Origin: Camelus ferus
Lineage: Eukaryota
Direction: 5' to 3'
Length of the DNA stretch: 64,000 nucleotides
NCBI RefSeq assembly: GCF_009834535.1
Contig: NC_045697.1
Coordinates: 120,964,001-121,028,000 of the forward strand
The position numbers and the translations under genes were made by a program. The notes beneath the pieces were generated by a model. That model saw only the letters and a list, made by a program, of their open reading frames with translations, was not told where the DNA came from and did no database searches. Shown here one piece after another: positions 25,851 through 40,900 of this stretch (position 1 is the first letter of the stretch; each line of letters begins with the position of its first letter).

Positions 25851-27775
25851 CCAGCCCAACCCCCGCCTTTCCCCGGGTTCCCGCACTAGGGGACACTCGG
25901 TGAAGACACGCGGAGGGCACCTGATAGATCCCAGGCGCAGCAGACTGAGTACGGAAACTCCCCACACTCAGAATTCCAGAACAAGGCCGAGTGGGTGTGG
26001 GATTTTTGGGGCCGCCCTCCACGCAGCTGACTCTTGTCACAGGTGTTCCCTGGCAGGGTGAATTCCGCTAATTACCTTCCCTGTCCAGGGTGAGGCACTA
26101 TATGCTACCTGCTTTTCCAGGACAAAACCCGCTTTTCCCCGGCAGTCCATAATAGGTGACACTCTGGGAAATCACGAGGAGGGCTCCTAGGAGATCCCAC
26201 ATGCTGCAGAAAGAAGACCGAACCTCCCCACACTCAGAATACCGGAACGTGGCGGAGTTTGTGCGGGAGGTTTGGGTCTTCCATCCACGAAGCTAAATGG
26301 TGTCACAGGTGTTCCCTGGCATTGGGAAGTCCGCTAATTACCTCCACTGACCAGGGGGAGACACTAGATTCTACCTGCTTTTCCAGCCCAACCCCCGCCT
26401 TTCCCCAGTAGCCCGCAAAAGGAGACACTCGGGGAAGACACGCGGAGGGCTCCTAGGAGACCCCAGGCGCTGCAGAAAGAAGACCGAACCTCCCCACACT
26501 CAGAATTCCGGAACAAGCCCGAGTGGGTGTGGGAGGTTTGGGGACGCCCTCCACGCAGCTGCTTGTTGTCACAGGAGTTCCCTGGAAGGGGGATGTCCGC
26601 TAATTACCTCCCTGACCAAGGTGTGGAAATACATGCAACCTGTCTTTCCACGCCAACCCCACTCTTTCCCTGGAACCCATCAATACAATACACTCGGGGA
26701 AGACACGGCATGGGCTGCTAAGAGATCCCAAGTGCTGCAGAGAAGACTGAACCTCCCCAAACTCAGAAGTCAGGAACGCGGCGGAGATTGTAGGGGAGGT
26801 TTGGGGCCTCCATCCACGAAGCTACCTGGGGTCACAGGTGTTCCCTGGCAGGGGGAAGTCCGCTAATTACCTCCACTGTCCATGGGGAGGCACTAGATTC
26901 TACCTGCGTTTCCAGACCAACGCCCGCCTTTCCCCGGTAGCCCGCACAAGGAGACACTCGGGGAAGACACGCGGAGTGTTCCCAGGACTTCCCAAGCGCT
27001 GCAGACAGAGGACGGAACCTCCCCACACTCAGAATTCCGGAACGCGGCCGACAAGGTGGGAAAGGTTTGGGCCCGCACTCCACGCAGCTGCCTGGTGTCT
27101 CAGGTGTTCCCTGGCAGGGGGAATTCCGCTAATTACCTTTCCTGTCCAGGGGGAGTCACTAGATGCTACCTGCATTTGCAGCCCAACCCCCGCCATTCCC
27201 TGGCTCCCAGCACTAGGATACAATCGGGGAAGACACTCGGAGGGCTCCTAGTGATCCCAGGCGCTGCAGACAGAGTACGGAACCTCCCCACAATCAGAAT
27301 TCCGGAATGAGGCCGAGTGGGTGGGGGACGTTTATTGCCTCCCACCACGCAGCTGCCTGGTGTCACAGTTTTTCCCTGGCAGGGGGAATTCCGCTAATTA
27401 CCTCCCCTGTCCAGGGGGAGTCACTAGATGCTACCTGCATTTCCAGAACAACCCCCACTTTTCCCCGGCTCCCCGAAATATGATACACTCGGGGAAGACA
27501 CGCGGAAGGCTCCTAGGAGACCCCAGGCACTGCAGAAAGAAGACCGAACCTCCCAACACTCAGAATCCCGGAACGCGGCCGAGTGTTTGGTTGAGGTTTG
27601 GGGCCGACCTCCACGCAGCTGCCTGGTGTCACAGGTGTTCCCTGGCAGGGGGAATTCCGCTAATTACCTCCCCTGTCCAGGGAGAGGCACTACATGCTAC
27701 CTGCATTTCCAGCACAAGCCCCGCCATTCCCCGGCTCCCAGCACTAGGATACACTAGGGGAAGACACGCGGAGGG
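22996..27775 (+). repeat. 18-mer unit (g..p, g', h', i', j', r, s, t, u; 4780 bp), repeated at ~30433-35200
   Basis: Monomer g starts at 22996 and 27776 (ORFs 23111/27891, offset 4780). The tail g'-t (25653-27500) recurs at 33089-34940 (ORFs 26527/33962 and 27321/34756, offset 7435). Confidence 0.85.
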
Positions 27776-30700
27776 CTCCTAGAGATCCCAGTCGCTGCAG
27801 ACAGAGTACAGAACTTCCCCACACTCAGAATCCCGGAACGCGGCCGAGTGGGTGGTGTAGGTTTGCCATAACCCCACACGCAGCAGCCTGGTGTCACAGG
27901 TGTTCCCTGGAGGGGGGAAATTCGCTAATTACCTACCCTGTCCAGGGGGAGGCACTACAAGCTACCTGCATTTCCAGCCCAACCCCCGCCTTTCCCCGGG
28001 TTCCCGCACTAGGGGACACTCGGTGAAGTCACGCGGAGGGCACCTGGGAGATCCCAGGCGCAGCAGACTGAGTACGGAACCTCCCCACACTCAGAATTCC
28101 AGAACAAGGCCGAGTGGGTGTGGGATTTTTGGGGCCGCCCTCCACGCAGCTGACTCTTGTCACAGGTGTTCCCTGGCAGGGGGAATTCCGCTAATTACCT
28201 TCCCTGTCCAGGGTGAGGCACTATATGCTACCTGCTTTTCCAGGACAAAAACCGCATTTCCCCGGCAGTCCATACTAGGTGACACTCTGGGAAGTCACGA
28301 GGAGGGCTCCTAGGAGATCCCACATGCTGCAGAAAGAAGACCGAACCTCCCCACACTCAGATGACCGGAACGCGGCGGAGTTTGTGCGGGAGGTTTGGGT
28401 CTTCCATCCACGAAGCTAAATGGTGTCACAGGTGTTCCCTGGCATTGGGAAGTCCGCTAATTACCTCCACTGACCAGGGGGAGACACTAGATTCTACCTG
28501 CTTTTCCAGCCCAACCCCCACCTTTCACCAGTAGCCCGCAAAAGGAGACACTCGGGGAAGACACGCGGAGGGCTCCTAGGAGACCCCAGGCGCTGCAGAA
28601 AGAAGACCGAACCTCCCCACACTCAGAATTCCGGAACAAGCCCGAGTGGGTTTGGGAGGTTTGGGGACGCCCTCCACGCAGCTGCCTGGTGTCACAGGTG
28701 TTCCCTGGAAGGGGGAAGTCCGCTAATTACCTCCCCTGTTCAGGGGGAGGCACTACAGGCTACCTGCATTTCCAGCCCTACCCCCACCCTTCCCCGGCAT
28801 CCAGCAAGAGGAGACACTCGGGGAAGACATGCGGAGTGCTCCTAGGAGATCCCAGGAGCTGAAGAGAGAGTACAGAACTTCCTCACCCTCAGAATAACGG
28901 AACACGGACGAGTGTTTTCGGGAGGTTTGGGTCCGACCTCCACGCAGCTGCCTTGTGTCACAGGTGTTCCAAGCCAGGGGGAACTCCGCTTTTACCTCTC
29001 CTGTCCAGGGGGATTCCCTAGATGCTACCTGCAATTCCAGCACAACACCAGGCTTTCACTGCATCCTACACTAGGAGACACTCGGGGAATACACGTGGAG
29101 GGCTCCTAGGTGATCCCAGGTGCTGCAGAGAGAATACGGAACCTCCCCACACTCAGAATTCCGTAACGCGGCCGAGTGGGTGGGGGAGGTTTGGGGCAGC
29201 CCTCCAGGCAGCTTCCTGGTGTCACAGGTGTTCCCTGGCAGGGGGAAGACCTCTAATTACCACCCCTGTCCAGGGGGAGGCACTATATGCTACCTGCTTT
29301 TCCAGGACAAAACCCGCTTTTCCCCGGCAGTCCATACTAGGTGACACTCTGGGAAGTCACGAGGAGGGCTCCTAGGAGATCCCACATGCTGCAGAAAGAA
29401 GACCGAACCTCCCCACACTCAGATGACCGGAACGCGGCGGAGTTTGTGCGGGAGGTTTGGGTCTTCCATCCACGAAGCTAAATGGTGTCACAGGTGTTCC
29501 CTGGCATTGGGAAGTCCGCTAATTACCTCCACTGACCAGGGGGAGACACTAGATTCTACCTGCTTTTCCAGCCCAACCCCCGCCTTTCCCCAGTAACCCG
29601 CAAAAGGAGACACTCGGGGAAGACACGCGGAGGGCTCCTAGGAGACCCCAGGCGCTGCAGAAAGAAGACCGAACCTCCCCACACTCAGAATTCCGGAACA
29701 AGCCCGAGTGGGTGTGGGAGGTTTGGGGACGCCCTCCACGCAGCTGCTTGTTGTCACAGGTGTTCCCTGGCAGGGGGAATTCCGCTAATTACCTCCCCTG
29801 TCCAGGAGGAGTCACTAGATGCTACCTGCATATCCAGCAAAACCCCCGCCTTTCAACGGCTCCCCGTAAAAGGAGACACTATGGGAAGGCACGTGGATGG
29901 CTCCTAGGAGATCCCAGGGGCTGGAGATTGAAGATCAAACCTCCCCAAACTCAGAATTCCGGAATGCGCCCGAGTGGGTGGGGGAGGTTTGGGACCGAAA
30001 CCCACGAAGCTGCCGGGTGTTAAATGTGTTCTCTGGCAGGGTGAAGTCCGCTAATTACCTCCCCTGTCCAGGGGGAGGCGCTACATGCTACCTGCCTTTC
30101 CAGCCCAACACCAGCATTTCCCCGGCACACTGCACTAGGATACACTCGGTGAAGATAGGCGGAGGGCTCTTAGGAGATCCCAGGTGCTGCAGAGAGAGTA
30201 CGGCACCTCCCCAAACTCAGAAATCCTGAACAAGGCCGAGTGGTTGGTTGAGGTTTGGGGCCGACCTCCACGCAGCTGCCTGGTGTCACAGGTGTTCCCT
30301 GGCAGGGGGAATTCCGCTAATTACCTCCCCTGTCCAGGGAGAGGCACTACATGCTACCTGCATTTCCAGCACAAGCCCCGCCATTCCCCGGCTCCCAGCA
30401 CTAGGATACACTAGGGGAAGACACGCGGAGGGCTCCTAGAGATCCCAGGCGCTGCAGACAGAGTACGGAACTTCCCCACACTCAGAATCCCGGAACGCGG
30501 CCGAGTGGGTGGTGTAGGTTTGCCATAACCCCACACGCAGCAGCCTGGTGTCACAGGTGTTCCCTGGAGGGGGGAAATTCGCTAATTACCTACCCTGTCC
30601 AGGGGGAGGCACTACAAGCTACCTGCATTTCCAGCCCAACCTCCGCCTTTCCCCGGGTTCCCGCACTAGGGGACACTCGGTGAAGACACGCGGAGGGCAC

Positions 30701-33088
30701 CTGGGAGATCCCAGGCGCAGCAGACTGAGTACGGAACCTCCCCACACTCAGAATTCCAGAACAAGGCCGAGTGGGTGTGGGATTTTTGGGGCCGCCCTCC
30801 ACGCAGCTGACTCTTGTCACAGGTGTTCCCTGGCAGGGGGAATTCCGCTAATTACCTTCCCTGTCCAGGGTGAGGCACTATATGCTACCTGCTTTTCCAG
30901 GACAAAAACCGCATTTCCCCGGCAGTCCATACTAGGTGACACTCTGGGAAGTCACGAGGAGGGCTCCTAGGAGATCCCACATGCTGCAGAAAGAAGACCG
31001 AACCTCCCCACACTCAGATGACCGGAACGCGGCGGAGTTTGTGCGGGAGGTTTGGGTCTTCCATCCACGAAGCTAAATGGTGTCACAGGTGTTCCCTGGC
31101 ATTGGGAAGTCCGCTAATTACCTCCACTGACCAGGGGGAGACACTAGATTCTACCTGCTTTTCCAGCCCAACCCCCACCTTTCACCAGTAGCCCGCAAAA
31201 GGAGACACTCGGGGAAGACACGCGGAGGGCTCCTAGGAGACCCCAGGCGCTGCAGAAAGAAGACCGAACCTCCCCACACTCAGAATTCCGGAACAAGCCC
31301 GAGTGGGTTTGGGAGGTTTGGGGACGCCCTCCACGCAGCTGCCTGGTGTCACAGGTGTTCCCTGGAAGGGGGAAGTCCGCTAATTACCTCCCCTGTTCAG
31401 GGGGAGGCACTACAGGCTACCTGCATTTCCAGCCCTACCCCCACCCTTCCCCGGCATCCAGCAAGAGGAGACACTCGGGGAAGACATGCGGAGTGCTCCT
31501 AGGAGATCCCAGGAGCTGAAGAGAGAGTACAGAACTTCCTCACCCTCAGAATAACGGAACACGGACGAGTGTTTTCGGGAGGTTTGGGTCCGACCTCCAC
31601 GCAGCTGCCTTGTGTCACAGGTGTTCCAAGCCAGGGGGAACTCCGCTTTTACCTCTCCTGTCCAGGGGGATTCCCTAGATGCTACCTGCAATTCCAGCAC
31701 AACACCAGGCTTTCACTGCATCCTACACTAGGAGACACTCGGGGAATACACGTGGAGGGCTCCTAGGTGATCCCAGGTGCTGCAGAGAGAATACGGAACC
31801 TCCCCACACTCAGAATTCCGTAACGCGGCCGAGTGGGTGGGGGAGGTTTGGGGCAGCCCTCCAGGCAGCTTCCTGGTGTCACAGGTGTTCCCTGGCAGGG
31901 GGAAGACCTCTAATTACCACCCCTGTCCAGGGGGAGGCACTATATGCTACCTGCTTTTCCAGGACAAAACCCGCTTTTCCCCGGCAGTCCATACTAGGTG
32001 ACACTCTGGGAAGTCACGAGGAGGGCTCCTAGGAGATCCCACATGCTGCAGAAAGAAGACCGAACCTCCCCACACTCAGATGACCGGAACGCGGCGGAGT
32101 TTGTGCGGGAGGTTTGGGTCTTCCATCCACGAAGCTAAATGGTGTCACAGGTGTTCCCTGGCATTGGGAAGTCCGCTAATTACCTCCACTGACCAGGGGG
32201 AGACACTAGATTCTACCTGCTTTTCCAGCCCAACCCCCGCCTTTCCCCAGTAACCCGCAAAAGGAGACACTCGGGGAAGACACGCGGAGGGCTCCTAGGA
32301 GACCCCAGGCGCTGCAGAAAGAAGACCGAACCTCCCCACACTCAGAATTCCGGAACAAGCCCGAGTGGGTGTGGGAGGTTTGGGGACGCCCTCCACGCAG
32401 CTGCTTGTTGTCACAGGTGTTCCCTGGCAGGGGGAATTCCGCTAATTACCTCCCCTGTCCAGGAGGAGTCACTAGATGCTACCTGCATATCCAGCAAAAC
32501 CCCGCCTTTCAACGGCTCCCCGTAAAAGGAGACACTATGGGAAGGCACGTGGATGGCTCCTAGGAGATCCCAGGGGCTGGAGATTGAAGATCAAACCTCC
32601 CCAAACTCAGAATTCCGGAATGCGCCCGAGTGGGTGGGGGAGGTTTGGGACCGAAACCCACGAAGCTGCCGGGTGTTAAATGTGTTCTCTGGCAGGGTGA
32701 AGTCCGCTAATTACCTCCCCTGTCCAGGGGGAGGCGCTACATGCTACCTGCCTTTCCAGCCCAACACCAGCATTTCCCCGGCACACTGCACTAGGATACA
32801 CTCGGTGAAGATAGGCGGAGGGCTCCTAGGAGATCCCAGGTGCTGCAGAGAGAGTACGGCACCTCCCCAAACTCAGAAATCCTGAACAAGGCCGAGTGGT
32901 TGGTTGAGGTTTGGGGCCGACCTCCACGCAGCTGCCTGGTGTCACAGGTGTTCCCTGGCAGGGGGAATTCCGCTAATTACCTCCCCTGTCCAGGGAGAGG
33001 CACTACATGCTACCTGCATTTCCAGCACAAGCCCCGCCATTCCCCGGCTCCCAGCACTAGGATACACTAGGGGAAGACACGCGGAGGG
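27776..33088 (+). repeat. 10-mer HOR variant (g-h-i-j-k-l-m-n-o-p; 2657 bp), two tandem copies
   Basis: Monomer g starts at 27776, 30433 and 33089. ORFs 27891/30548, 28753/31410 and 29712/32369 are offset by 2657. Confidence 0.93.
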
Positions 33089-34944
33089 CTCCTAGAGATC
33101 CCAGGCGCTGCAGACAGAGTACGGAACTTCCCCACACTCAGAATCCCGGAACGCGGCCGAGTGGGTGGTGTAGGTTTGCCATAACCCCACACGCAGCAGC
33201 CTGGTGTCACAGGTGTTCCCTGGAGGGGGAAATTCGCTAATTACCTACCCTGTCCAGAGGGAGGCACTACAAGCTACCTGCATTTCCAGCCCAACCCCCG
33301 CCTTTCCCCGGGTTCCCGCACTAGGGGACACTCGGTGAAGACACGCGGAGGGCACCTGATAGATCCCAGGCGCAGCAGACTGAGTACGGAAACTCCCCAC
33401 ACTCAGAATTCCAGAACAAGGCCGAGTGGGTGTGGGATTTTTGGGGCCGCCCTCCACGCAGCTGCCTCTTGTCACAGGTGTTCCCTGGCAGGGTGAATTC
33501 CGCTAATTACCTTCCCTGTCCAGGGTGAGGCACTATATGCTACCTGCTTTTCCAGGACAAAACCCGCTTTTCCCCGGCAGTCCATAATAGGTGACACTCT
33601 GGGAAATCACGAGGAAGGCTCCTAGGAGATCCCACATGCTGCAGAAAGAAGACCGAACCTCCCCACACTCAGAAGACCGGAACGTGGCGGAGTTTGTGCG
33701 GGAGGTTTGGGTCTTCCATCCACGAAGCTAAATGGTGTCACAGGTGTTCCCTGGCATTGGGAAGTCCGCTAATTACCTCCACTGACCAGGGGGAGACACT
33801 AGATTCTACCTGCTTTTCCAGCCCAACCCCCGCCTTTCCCCAGTAGCCCGCAAAAGGAGACACTCGGGGAAGACACGCGGAGGGCTCCTAGGAGACCCCA
33901 GGCGCTGCAGAAAGAAGACCGAACCTCCCCACACTCAGAATTCCGGAACAAGCCCGAGTGGGTGTGGGAGGTTTGGGGACGCCCTCCACGCAGCTGCTTT
34001 TTGTCACAGGAGTTCCCTGGAAGGGGGATGTCCGCTAATTACCTCCCTGACCAAGGTGTGGAAATACATGCAACCTGTCTTTCCACGCCAACCCCACTCT
34101 TTCCCTGGAACCCATCAATACAATACACTCGGGGAAGACACGGCATGGGCTGCTAAGAGATCCCAAGTGCTGCAGAGAAGACTGAACCTCCCCAAACTCA
34201 GAAGTCAGGAACGCGGCGGAGATTGTAGGGGAGGTTTGGGGCCTCCATCCACGAAGCTACCTGGGGTCACAGGTGTTCCCTGGCAGGGGGAAGTCCGCTA
34301 ATTACCTCCACTGTCCATGGGGAGGCACTAGATTCTACCTGCGTTTCCAGCCCAACGCCCGCCTTTCCCCGGTAGCCCGCACAAGGAGACACTCGGGGAA
34401 GACACGCGGAGTGTTCCCAGGACTTCCCAAGCGCTGCAGACAGAGGACGGAACCTCCCCACACTCAGAATTCCGGAACGCGGCCGACAAGGTGGGAAAGG
34501 TTTGGGCCCGCACTCCACGCAGCTGCCTGGTGTCTCAGGTGTTCCCTGGCAGGGGGAATTCCGCTAATTACCTTTCCTGTCCAGGGGGAGTCAGTAGATG
34601 CTACCTGCATTTGCAGCCCAACCCCCGCCATTCCCTGGCTCCCAGCACTAGGATACACTCGGGGAAGACACTCGGAGGGCTCCTAGTGATCCCAGGCGCT
34701 GCAGACAGAGTACGGAACCTCCCCACAATCAGAATTCCGGAATGAGGCCGAGTGGGTGGGGGACGTTTATTGCCTCCCACCACGCAGCTGCCTGGTGTCA
34801 CAGTTTTTCCCTGGCAGGGGGAATTCCGCTAATTACCTCCCCTGTCCAGGGGGAGTCACTAGATGCTACCTGCATTTCCAGAACAACCCCCACCTTTCCC
34901 CGGCTCCCCGAAATATGATACACTCGGGGAAGACACGCGGAAGG

Positions 34945-37900
34945 CTCCTAGGAGACCCCAGGCACTGCAGAAAGAAGACCGAACCTCCCCACACTCAGAA
35001 TTCCGGAACAAGGCCGAGTGGGTGTGGGAGGTTTGGGGACGCCCTCCACGCAGCTGGTTGTTGTCACAGGTGTTCCCTGGCAGAGGGAATTCCGCTAATT
35101 ACCTCCCCTGTCCAGGAGGAGTCACTAGATGCTACCTGCATATCCAGCAAAACCCCGCCTTTCAACTGCTCCCCGTAATAAGAGACACTATGGGAAGGCA
35201 CTTGGATGGCTCCTAGGAGATCCCAGGGGCTGGAGATCGAAGACCAAACCTCCCCAAACTCAGAATTCCGGAATGCGCCCGAGTGGGTGGGGGAGGTTTG
35301 GGACCGAACCCCACGAAGCTGCCGGGTGTTACATGTGTTCTCTGGCAGGGTGAAGTCCGCTAATTACCTCCCCTGTCCAGGGGGAGGCGCTACATGCTAC
35401 CTGCCTTTCCAGCCCAACACCAGCATTTCCCCGGCACACTGCACTAGGATACACTCGGTGAAGACAGGCGGAGGGCTCCTAGGTGATCCCAGGTGCTGCA
35501 GACAGAGGACGGAACCTCTCCACACTCAAAATTCCGGAACAAGGCCGAGTGGTTAGGGGAGGTTTGGGGCGGCCCTCCACGCAGCTGCCTGGTGTCACAG
35601 GTGTTCCCTGGAAGGGGGAAGTCCGCTAATTACCTCCCCTGTTCAGGGGGAGGCACTACATGCTACCTGCATTTCCAGCCCTACCCCCACCGTTCCCCGG
35701 CATCCAGCAAGAGGAGACACTCAGGGAAGACATGCGGAGTGCTCCTAGGAGATCCCAGGAGCTGAAGAGAGAGTACAGAACTTCCCCACCCTCAGAATAA
35801 CGGAGCACGGACGAGTGTTTTCGGGAGGTTTGGGTCCGTCCTAAACGCAGCTGCCTTGTGTCACAGGTGTTCCAAGCCAGGGGGATCTCCGCTTTTACCT
35901 CTCCTGTCCAGGGGGATTCCCTAGATGCTTCCAGCAATTCCAGCACAAACACCAGGCTTTCCCTGCATCCCACACTAGGAGACACTCGGGGAATACACGT
36001 GGAGGGCTCCTAGGTGATCCCAGCTGCTGCAGAGAGAATACGGAACCTCCCCACACTCAGAATTCCGTAACGCGGCCGAGTGGGTGGGGGAGGTTTGGGG
36101 CAGCCCTCCACGCAGCTGCCTGGTGTCACAGGTGTTCCCTGGCAGGGGGAAGACCGCTAATTACCACCCCTGTCCAGGGGGAGAAACTACATGCTACCTG
36201 CATTTCCAGCCCAACCCCCGCATTTCCCTGTCTGCCCGCACAAGGAGACACTCGGGGAAGGCACGCGGAGGGCTCCTATGAGATCTCAGACGCTGCAGAC
36301 AGAGGACGGAACCTCCCCACACTCAGAATTCCAGAACAAGGACGAGTGGGTGTGGGATTTTTGGGGCTGCCCTCCACGCAGCTGCCCCTTTTCAGAGGTG
36401 TTCCCTGGCAGGTTGAAGTACGCTAAATACCTTCCCCGTCCATGGGGAGGCACAACATTCTACCTGGATTTCCAGCCCAACCCCCGCCTTTCCCCGGCTC
36501 CCCGCACTAGGATACACTCGGGGAAGGCACGCGGAGGGCTCCTAGGTGATCCCAGGCGCTGCAGACAGAGTACGGACCTCCCCACACTCAGAAATCCGGA
36601 ACGCGGCCGAGTAGGTGGGAGAGGTTTTGTTCCGCACACCACGCAGCTGCCTGGTGTCACAGGTGTTCCCTGGCAGGGGGGATTCCGCTAATTTCCTCCC
36701 CTGTCCAGGGAGAGGCACTACATGCTACCTGCATTTCCAGCCCAACCCCTGCCATTCCCTGGCTCCCAGCACTAGGATACACTCGGGGAAGGCACGCGGA
36801 GGGCTCCTAGTGATCCCAGGTGCTGCAGACAGAGTACGGAACTTCCCCACACTCAGAATTCCGGAACGCGGCCGAGTGGTTGGGTTAGGTTTGGCATAAC
36901 CCCACACGCAGAAGCCTAGTGTCACAGGTGTTCCCTGGAAGGGGGAAATTCGCTAAATACCTACCCTGTCCAGGGGGAGGCACTACAAGCTACCTGCATT
37001 TCCAGCCCAACCCCCGCCTTTCCCCAGCTTCTCACACTAGGGGACACTCGGGGAAGACACGCGGAGTTCTCCTGGGAGATCTCAGGTGCAGCAGACAGAT
37101 TACGGAACCTCCCCACACTCAGAATTCCAGAACAAGGCCGAGTGGTTGTGGGATTTTTGGGGCCGCCCTCCACGCAGCTGCCTGTTGTCACAGGTGTTCC
37201 CTGGCAGGGGGAATTCCGCTATTTACCTTCCCTGTCCAGGGGGAGGCACTATATGCTACCTGCTTTTCCAGAACAAAACCCGCTTTTCCCCGGCAGCCCA
37301 TAGTAGGTGACACTCTGGGAAGTCACGCGGAGGGCTCCTAGGAGATCCCACGCGCTGCAGAGAGAAGACCGAACCTCCCCACACTCAGAAGTCCGGAATG
37401 CGTCGGAGTTTGTGCGGGAGGTTGGGTCTTCCATCTACGAAGCTACCTGGTGTCACAGGTGTTCCCTGGCAAGGGGAAGTCCGCTAATTACCCTCCACTG
37501 TCCAGGGGGAGACACTAGATTCTACCTGATTTTCCAGCCCAACCCCCGCCTTTCCCCAGTATCCCGCAAAATGAGACACTCGGGATGACACGCGGAGCGC
37601 TCCTAGGTGATCCCAGGCGCTGCAGACAGAGTACGGAACCTCCACACACTCAGAATTCCGGAACGCGGCCGAGTAGGTTGGGGAGGATTGGGGCCGACTT
37701 CCCCGCAGCTGCCTGGTGTCACAGGTGTTCCCTGGAAGGGGGATGTCCGCTAATTACCTCCCCTGACCACGGGGTGGAACTACATGAAACCTGTCTTTCC
37801 AGGCCAACCCCACTCTTTCCCTGGAATCCATCAATACAATACACTCGGGGAAGACACGGCGAGGGCTGCTAAGAGATCCCAAGTGCTGCAGAGAAGACTG

Positions 37901-40900
37901 AAATTCCCCAAACTCAGAAGTCAGGAACGCGGCGGAGATTGTAGGGGAGGTTTGGGGCCTCCATCCACGAAGCTACCTGGGGTCACAGGTGTTCCCTGGC
38001 AGGGGGAAGTCCGCTAATTACCTCCACTGTCCATGGGGAGGCACTAGATTCTACCTGCGTTTCCAGCCCAACGACCGCCTTTCCCCGGTAGCCCGCACAA
38101 GGAGACACTCGGGGAAGACACGCGGAGTGTTCCCAGGACGTCCCAAGCGCTGCAGACAGAGGACGGAACCTCCCCAAACTCAGAATTCCGGAACGCGGCC
38201 GACAAGGTGGGAAAGGTTTGGGCCCGCACTCCACGCAGCTGCCTGGTGTCACAGGTGTTCCCTGGCAGGGGGAAGTCCACTAATTACCTCCCCTGTCCAG
38301 GGGGAGGCACTAGATGCTACCTGCATTTCCAGCCAAACCCCCGAATTTCCCCAGCACACTGCACTAGGATACACTCGTGGAAGACACGCGGAGGGCTCCC
38401 AGGAGATCACAGGCGCTGCAGATAGAAGAAGGATCCTCCCCACACTCAGAATTCCAAAACGCGGCCGAGTTATTGGGGGAGGTTTGGGGCCGCCCTTCAC
38501 GCATCTGCCTCGTGTCACAGGTGTTCCCTGCAAGGGGGAAATCCGCTAATTAACTTCCCTGTCCAGGGGGAGGCACTAAATGATACCTGCTTTTCCAGCA
38601 CAACCCCCGCATTTCCCCGGCACCCCGTACTAGGATACACACGGGGAAGGCACGCGGAGTTCTACTACGAGATCCCAGGCGCTGCAGACCGAGGACGGAA
38701 CCTCCCAACCCTCAGGAATGCGGAATAAGGCCGAGTGCGTGGGGGAGTTTTGTGGCCGCACTCCACGCAGCTACTTGGTGTCACAGGTGTTCCCTGGCAG
38801 GGGGAAGTTCACTAATTACCTCCCCTGCCCAGGGGGAGGCACTAGATGCTACCTACTTTTCCAGCAGAAAACCTGCCTTTCACCTGCTGCGCGCACTAGG
38901 AGACACTCGAGGAAGACACGCGGAGGGCTCCTAGGAGATCCCAGGCACTGCAGACGGTGGACGGAATCTCCCCACACTCAGAATTCCAGAACAATGCCGA
39001 GTGGGTGTGGGAGGTAAGGGGCCGCTCTCCACGAACCTGCCTCTTGTCACAGGTGCTCCCCGGCAGGGGGAAGTCCGCTAATTACCTTCCCTGTCCAGGG
39101 GGAGGCACTAAATGTTACCTGCATTTCCAGCACAAACCCCGTATTTCCCCTACAGCCCGCACTAGGAGACATTCGGGAAAGACACGCGGAGGGCTCCTAG
39201 GTGATCCCAGGCACTGCAGACACAGTACGGAACCTCCCCAAACTCAGAATTCCGGAACGCGGCCGAGTGGGTGTGGGCGGTTTGGGACCACCCTCCACGC
39301 AGCTGCCTGATGTCACAGGGGTTCCCTGGAAGGGGTAATTCCGCTAAATACCTCCCCTGTCCAGGGTGAGGCACTATAAGCTACCTGCATTTCCAGCCCA
39401 ACCCCCAACTTTCCCCGGCTCCCCGCACTAGGATACACTCGGGGAAGGCACGCGGAGGGCTCCTAGGAGATCCCAGGTGCTGCAGACAGAGGATGGAACC
39501 TCTCCACACTCAAAATTCCGAAACAAGGCCGAGTGGTTGGGGGAGGTTTGGAGCGGCCCTCCACACAGCTGCCTGGTGTCACAGGTGTTCCCTGGAAGGG
39601 GGAAGTCCGCTAATTAACTCCCCTGTTCAGGGGGAGGCACTACATGCTACCTGCATTTCCAGCCCTACCCCCGCCGTTCCGCGGCATCCAGCAAGACGAG
39701 ACACTCGGGGCAGACATGCGGAGTGCTCCTAGGAAATCCCAGGAGCTGCAGAGAGAGTACGGAACTTCCCCACCGTCAGAAAAACGGAACGCGGCCGAGT
39801 GTTTTGGGGAGGTTTGGGGCCGACATCCACGCAGCTGCCTTCTGTCACAGGTGTTCCATGGCAGGGGGAATTCCGCTTTTATCTCTCCTGTCCAGGGGGA
39901 TTCGCTAGATGCTACCTGCATTTCCAGCACAACACCAGGCTTTCCCTGCAGCCCGCACTAGGAAATACTAGGGGAATACACGTGGAGGGCTCCTAGGTGA
40001 TCCCAGGCGCTGCAGACAGAATACGGTACCTCCCCACACTCAGAATTCCGTAACGCGGCCGAGTGGGTGGGGGAGGTTTGGGGCCGCCCTCCACGCAGCT
40101 GCTTGTTGTCACAGGTGTTCCCTGGCAGACGGAAATCCGCTAATTACCTCAACTGTCCTGGATGAGGCACTACATGCTACCTGTATTTCCAGGACAATCC
40201 CCGAATTCCCCGGCACCCCGCACTAGGAGACACTAGGGGAAGATATGCGGATGGCCCCTAGGAGATCCCAGGAGCTGCAGACAGAGGACGGAAACTCCCC
40301 ACACTCAGAATTCTGGAACACGGCAGAGTGGGTGGGGGAGATATGGGGCCGACCTCCACGCAGCTGCCTGGAGTCACAGGTAATCCCTGGCAGGGGTAAG
40401 TCCGCTAATTACCTCCCCTGCCCAGGTTGAGGCACTACATGCTACCTACTTTTCCAGCCCAACGCCCGCCTTTCCCCGGAAGCCCGCACAAGGAGACACT
40501 CGGGGAAGACACGCGGAGGGTTCCTAGGAGATCCCAGGCGCTGCAGAATGAAGACCGAACCTCCCCACACTCAGAATTCCGGAACAAGGCCGAGTGGGTG
40601 TGGGAGGTTTGTGGACGCCTCCACGCAGCTGCTTGTTGTCACAGGTGTTCCCTGGCAGGGGGAATTCCGCTAATTACCTCCTCTGTCCAGGAGGAGTCAC
40701 TAGATGCTACCTGCATATCCAGCAAAACCCCCGCTTTTCAAAGTCTCCCCGTAATAGGAGACACTATGGGAAGGCACGTGGATGGCTCCTAGGAGATCCC
40801 AGCGGCTGGAGACCGAAGACCAAACCTCTCCAAACTCAGAATTCCGGAATGCGGCCGAGTGGGTGGGGGAGGTTTGGGACCAAACCCCACGAAACTGCCG

